Shown here: piece after piece, positions 61,601 to 64,000 of the stretch
Position numbering within the stretch: position 1 is the first letter of the stretch
How the letters are laid out: the number at the start of each line of letters is the position of its first letter
NCBI GenBank assembly: GCA_034780895.1
Contig: JAUZTB010000094.1
Span: forward strand, 9,645,524 to 9,709,523
Source of the DNA: Rhynchobatus australiae
Lineage: Eukaryota
Direction: 5' to 3'
Length of the DNA: 64,000 nt
The notes under the pieces: model-generated
The model's database searches: none
Seen by the model: only the letters and a program-made list of their open reading frames with translations
Told to the model about the DNA's origin: nothing
Position numbers and translations under genes: made by a program

Positions 61601-64000
61601 AGTGATAGTATAGGGATATATGACATAAGAAGAATGTGAAACAGGATAGGAGCATGTAGCAGAATATGGATATGTAACAGTTAAGTGATATGTAAGAGTA
61701 GAATATGCAGTAGAGGGTCATGTATAAAAAGTGATATGTAAAACTATAGGTGTCTGTAACAATACAGGTGTCCCCCGTGTTATGGAGGGGTTGCATTCCA
61801 AGAAAACAGTCCATACTGCAGTTTTCTGTANNNNNNNNNNNNNNNNNNNNNNNNNNNNNNNNNNNNNNNNNNNNNNNNNNNNNNNNNNNNNNNNNNNNNN
61901 NNNNNNNNNNNNNNNNNNNNNNNNNNNNNNNNNNNNNNNNNNNNNNNNNNNNNNNNNNNNNNNNNNNNNNNNNNNNNNNNNNNNNNNNNNNNNNNNNNNN
62001 NNNNNNNNNNNNNNNNNNNNNNNNNNNNNNNNNNNNNNNNNNNNNNNNNNNNNNNNNNNNNNNNNNNNNNNNNNNNNNNNNNNNNNNNNNNNNNNNNNNN
62101 NNNNNNNNNNNNNNNNNNNNNNNNNNNNNNNNNNNNNNNNNNNNNNNNNNNNNNNNNNNNNNNNNNNNNNNNNNNNNNNNNNNNNNNNNNNNNNNNNNNN
62201 NNNNNNNNNNNNNNNNNNNNNNNNNNNNNNNNNNNNNNNNNNNNNNNNNNNNNNNNNNNNNNNNNNNNNNNNNNNNNNNNNNNNNNNNNNNNNNNNNNNN
62301 NNNNNNNNNNNNNNNNNNNNNNNNNNNNNNNNNNNNNNNNNNNNNNNNNNNNNNNNNNNNNNNNNNNNNNNNNNNNNNNNNNNNNNNNNNNNNNNNNNNN
62401 NNNNNNNNNNNNNNNNNNNNNNNNNNNNNNNNNNNNNNNNNNNNNNNNNNNNNNNNNNNNNNNNNNNNGCTCTGTAAATGTATATTGATTCTAATGGCAA
62501 ATGGGTATGTTATACTATGGCAGCTTATAACTGTTGTTGGGGGTATGAATCAACATTGCAGGAGGATAGTAACAGTATAGATATATGCAACACCACATGT
62601 TTTTGGAGCACCACAGAAATCTGTAACAGTCCAAGAGATATAGAACATTATAAGGGAGAGATGTTTGTAATAATATAGACATATGCAACTCTACGGGGAT
62701 CTGAAATACCATGGGGGTCAATAACATTATAGGAAGTCCATAACATTTTTGCGATGAGTAATACAATAGGGAATGCAAAAATAAAGGAGCTTGTAACCAT
62801 TCATCAGGAGAGTGCAGAATCTGTAAAAGTATAGTGGTTTGTAACACCAACCGGGTTTTGTAACAGATTAGGACCATCTATGACTATTTTGGGTGGGTGT
62901 GTAGGTGGTCTGTAGCAGTATAGCGGGCTTGTAAATTATTGAGATGCAAAGCACTATAGGTGTTTCTAACCATATGGGGAAGGTTAATTGTACAGGGATA
63001 TGTAACATTAGAGGGGTCTGCAACAGGAATGCCGATCTGCAACTGTGTAAGAATATGTAACTCAACAGTGGACTGTAACAGCTTAGAGATATGTAATGGT
63101 ATAGAGATCTGGATGTGCATGTATCCCTCAATTTCTCAATATCTGANNNNNNNNNNNNNNNNNNNNNNNNNNNNNNNNNNNNNNNNNNNNNNNNNNNNNN
63201 NNNNNNNNNNNNNNNNNNNNNNNNNNNNNNNNNNNNNNNNNNNNNNNNNNNNNNNNNNNNNNNNNNNNNNNNNNNNNNNNNNNNNNNNNNNNNNNNNNNN
63301 NNNNNNNNNNNNNNNNNNNNNGTAACACCATTGACTCTTTGGAGTACATGTCTTTAATCTGTGAAGCCACTTTTTGCTACGAACAAATAGCACATACTAT
63401 CTGTGAATGGGAATATATTGCACCAAATTTCTCATAATGCATTTTGCCTAGCGTTTTCAACTTATGAAATTTTGCTAAATGAAATGTTTCCCAGGAATGC
63501 ATCTCTTTCGTAAATTGAGGAAAGGCTGTAGAGAGATCAGTAGCGATATAGGGGGAGTGTCTGTAACATTATATGGATAAATAATACTATAGGTCTACAT
63601 AATAGTGTAAGGGTCAGAAACAATAATGGGTCTGTTACACAGTAAGGATGTGTAATATTACAGTGATCTTTGACACTATGGGGCAGAGTAGTATAGGAAT
63701 ACATAACACTACAGGGGCCTGTAACCATGGGTTTGCAACTGTGGAGAAGGGATGGGGCTGTAACAGCAATGGAATAGTTTTCATATAAGGCTACATAATA
63801 TCATTGGGCTCTGCAATGCTATAGTGATGTGTATACCAACGTACAGACATGGAGTACAACAGAAGTCTGCAGCACTTCAGGAATCTATAATTGAATAGGG
63901 AAGTGTATGTAAAGAGGACCTGTAACATTATGAGGTTTGCAATGGTATATGGATATATACCTCTGCAATGATCTGTAACAGTTTAATCAGAGGTATCAGT
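61600..64000. repeat. Degenerate minisatellite region (~19-20 bp unit) interrupted by large N gaps and Tigger-like ends
   Basis: Recurrent (a/g)tctgtaacagtatagg; TA|CAGGTGTCCCCC at 61765 and ...gaggaaaggctg|TA at 63528. Confidence 0.75.

Noticed and set aside
61718-63393. Long ORFs of 248-276 aa
   Set aside because: Open only because they run through N gaps.
61765-63528. A single 1.76-kb Tigger transposon
   Set aside because: The two ends match at only about 24/37 nt and the sequenced interior is the same minisatellite as the flanks; more likely two separate gap-truncated MITE ends.

Overview
Eukaryotic (vertebrate) genomic DNA with many N gaps. The repeat families (HE1/V-SINE, DeuSINE, CR1, L2, Penelope-type) point to a cartilaginous fish; that assignment is inference. 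The window holds two convergent, intron-rich genes. TMEM106C is on + (last five coding exons, 1855-18008). COL2A1, collagen type II alpha 1, is on - (22 exons matching human exons 33-54 in size and sequence, 60710 down to the stop at 27236, 3'UTR to about 26 kb). This is the same tail-to-tail pair as on human 12q13. The 5' parts of both genes lie outside the window. The most notable non-obvious element is a fossil two-gene PIF/Harbinger transposon in COL2A1 intron 43: a decayed HARBI1-like transposase on + facing a spliced, multi-exon Myb/SANT-like (NAIF1/MSANTD-like) gene on -, whose splice sites are sense to COL2A1 and define a candidate poison exon. Other points: a probable decayed DIRS (tyrosine-recombinase) retrotransposon in the last TMEM106C intron, a nested SINE/tRNA-Lys composite, miR-29 seed sites in the COL2A1 3'UTR, and several degenerate minisatellite arrays. 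I found no prokaryotic-type system (CRISPR, operon) and no intact novel gene. Repeat boundaries are approximate and family calls come from recalled consensus motifs, not database searches.
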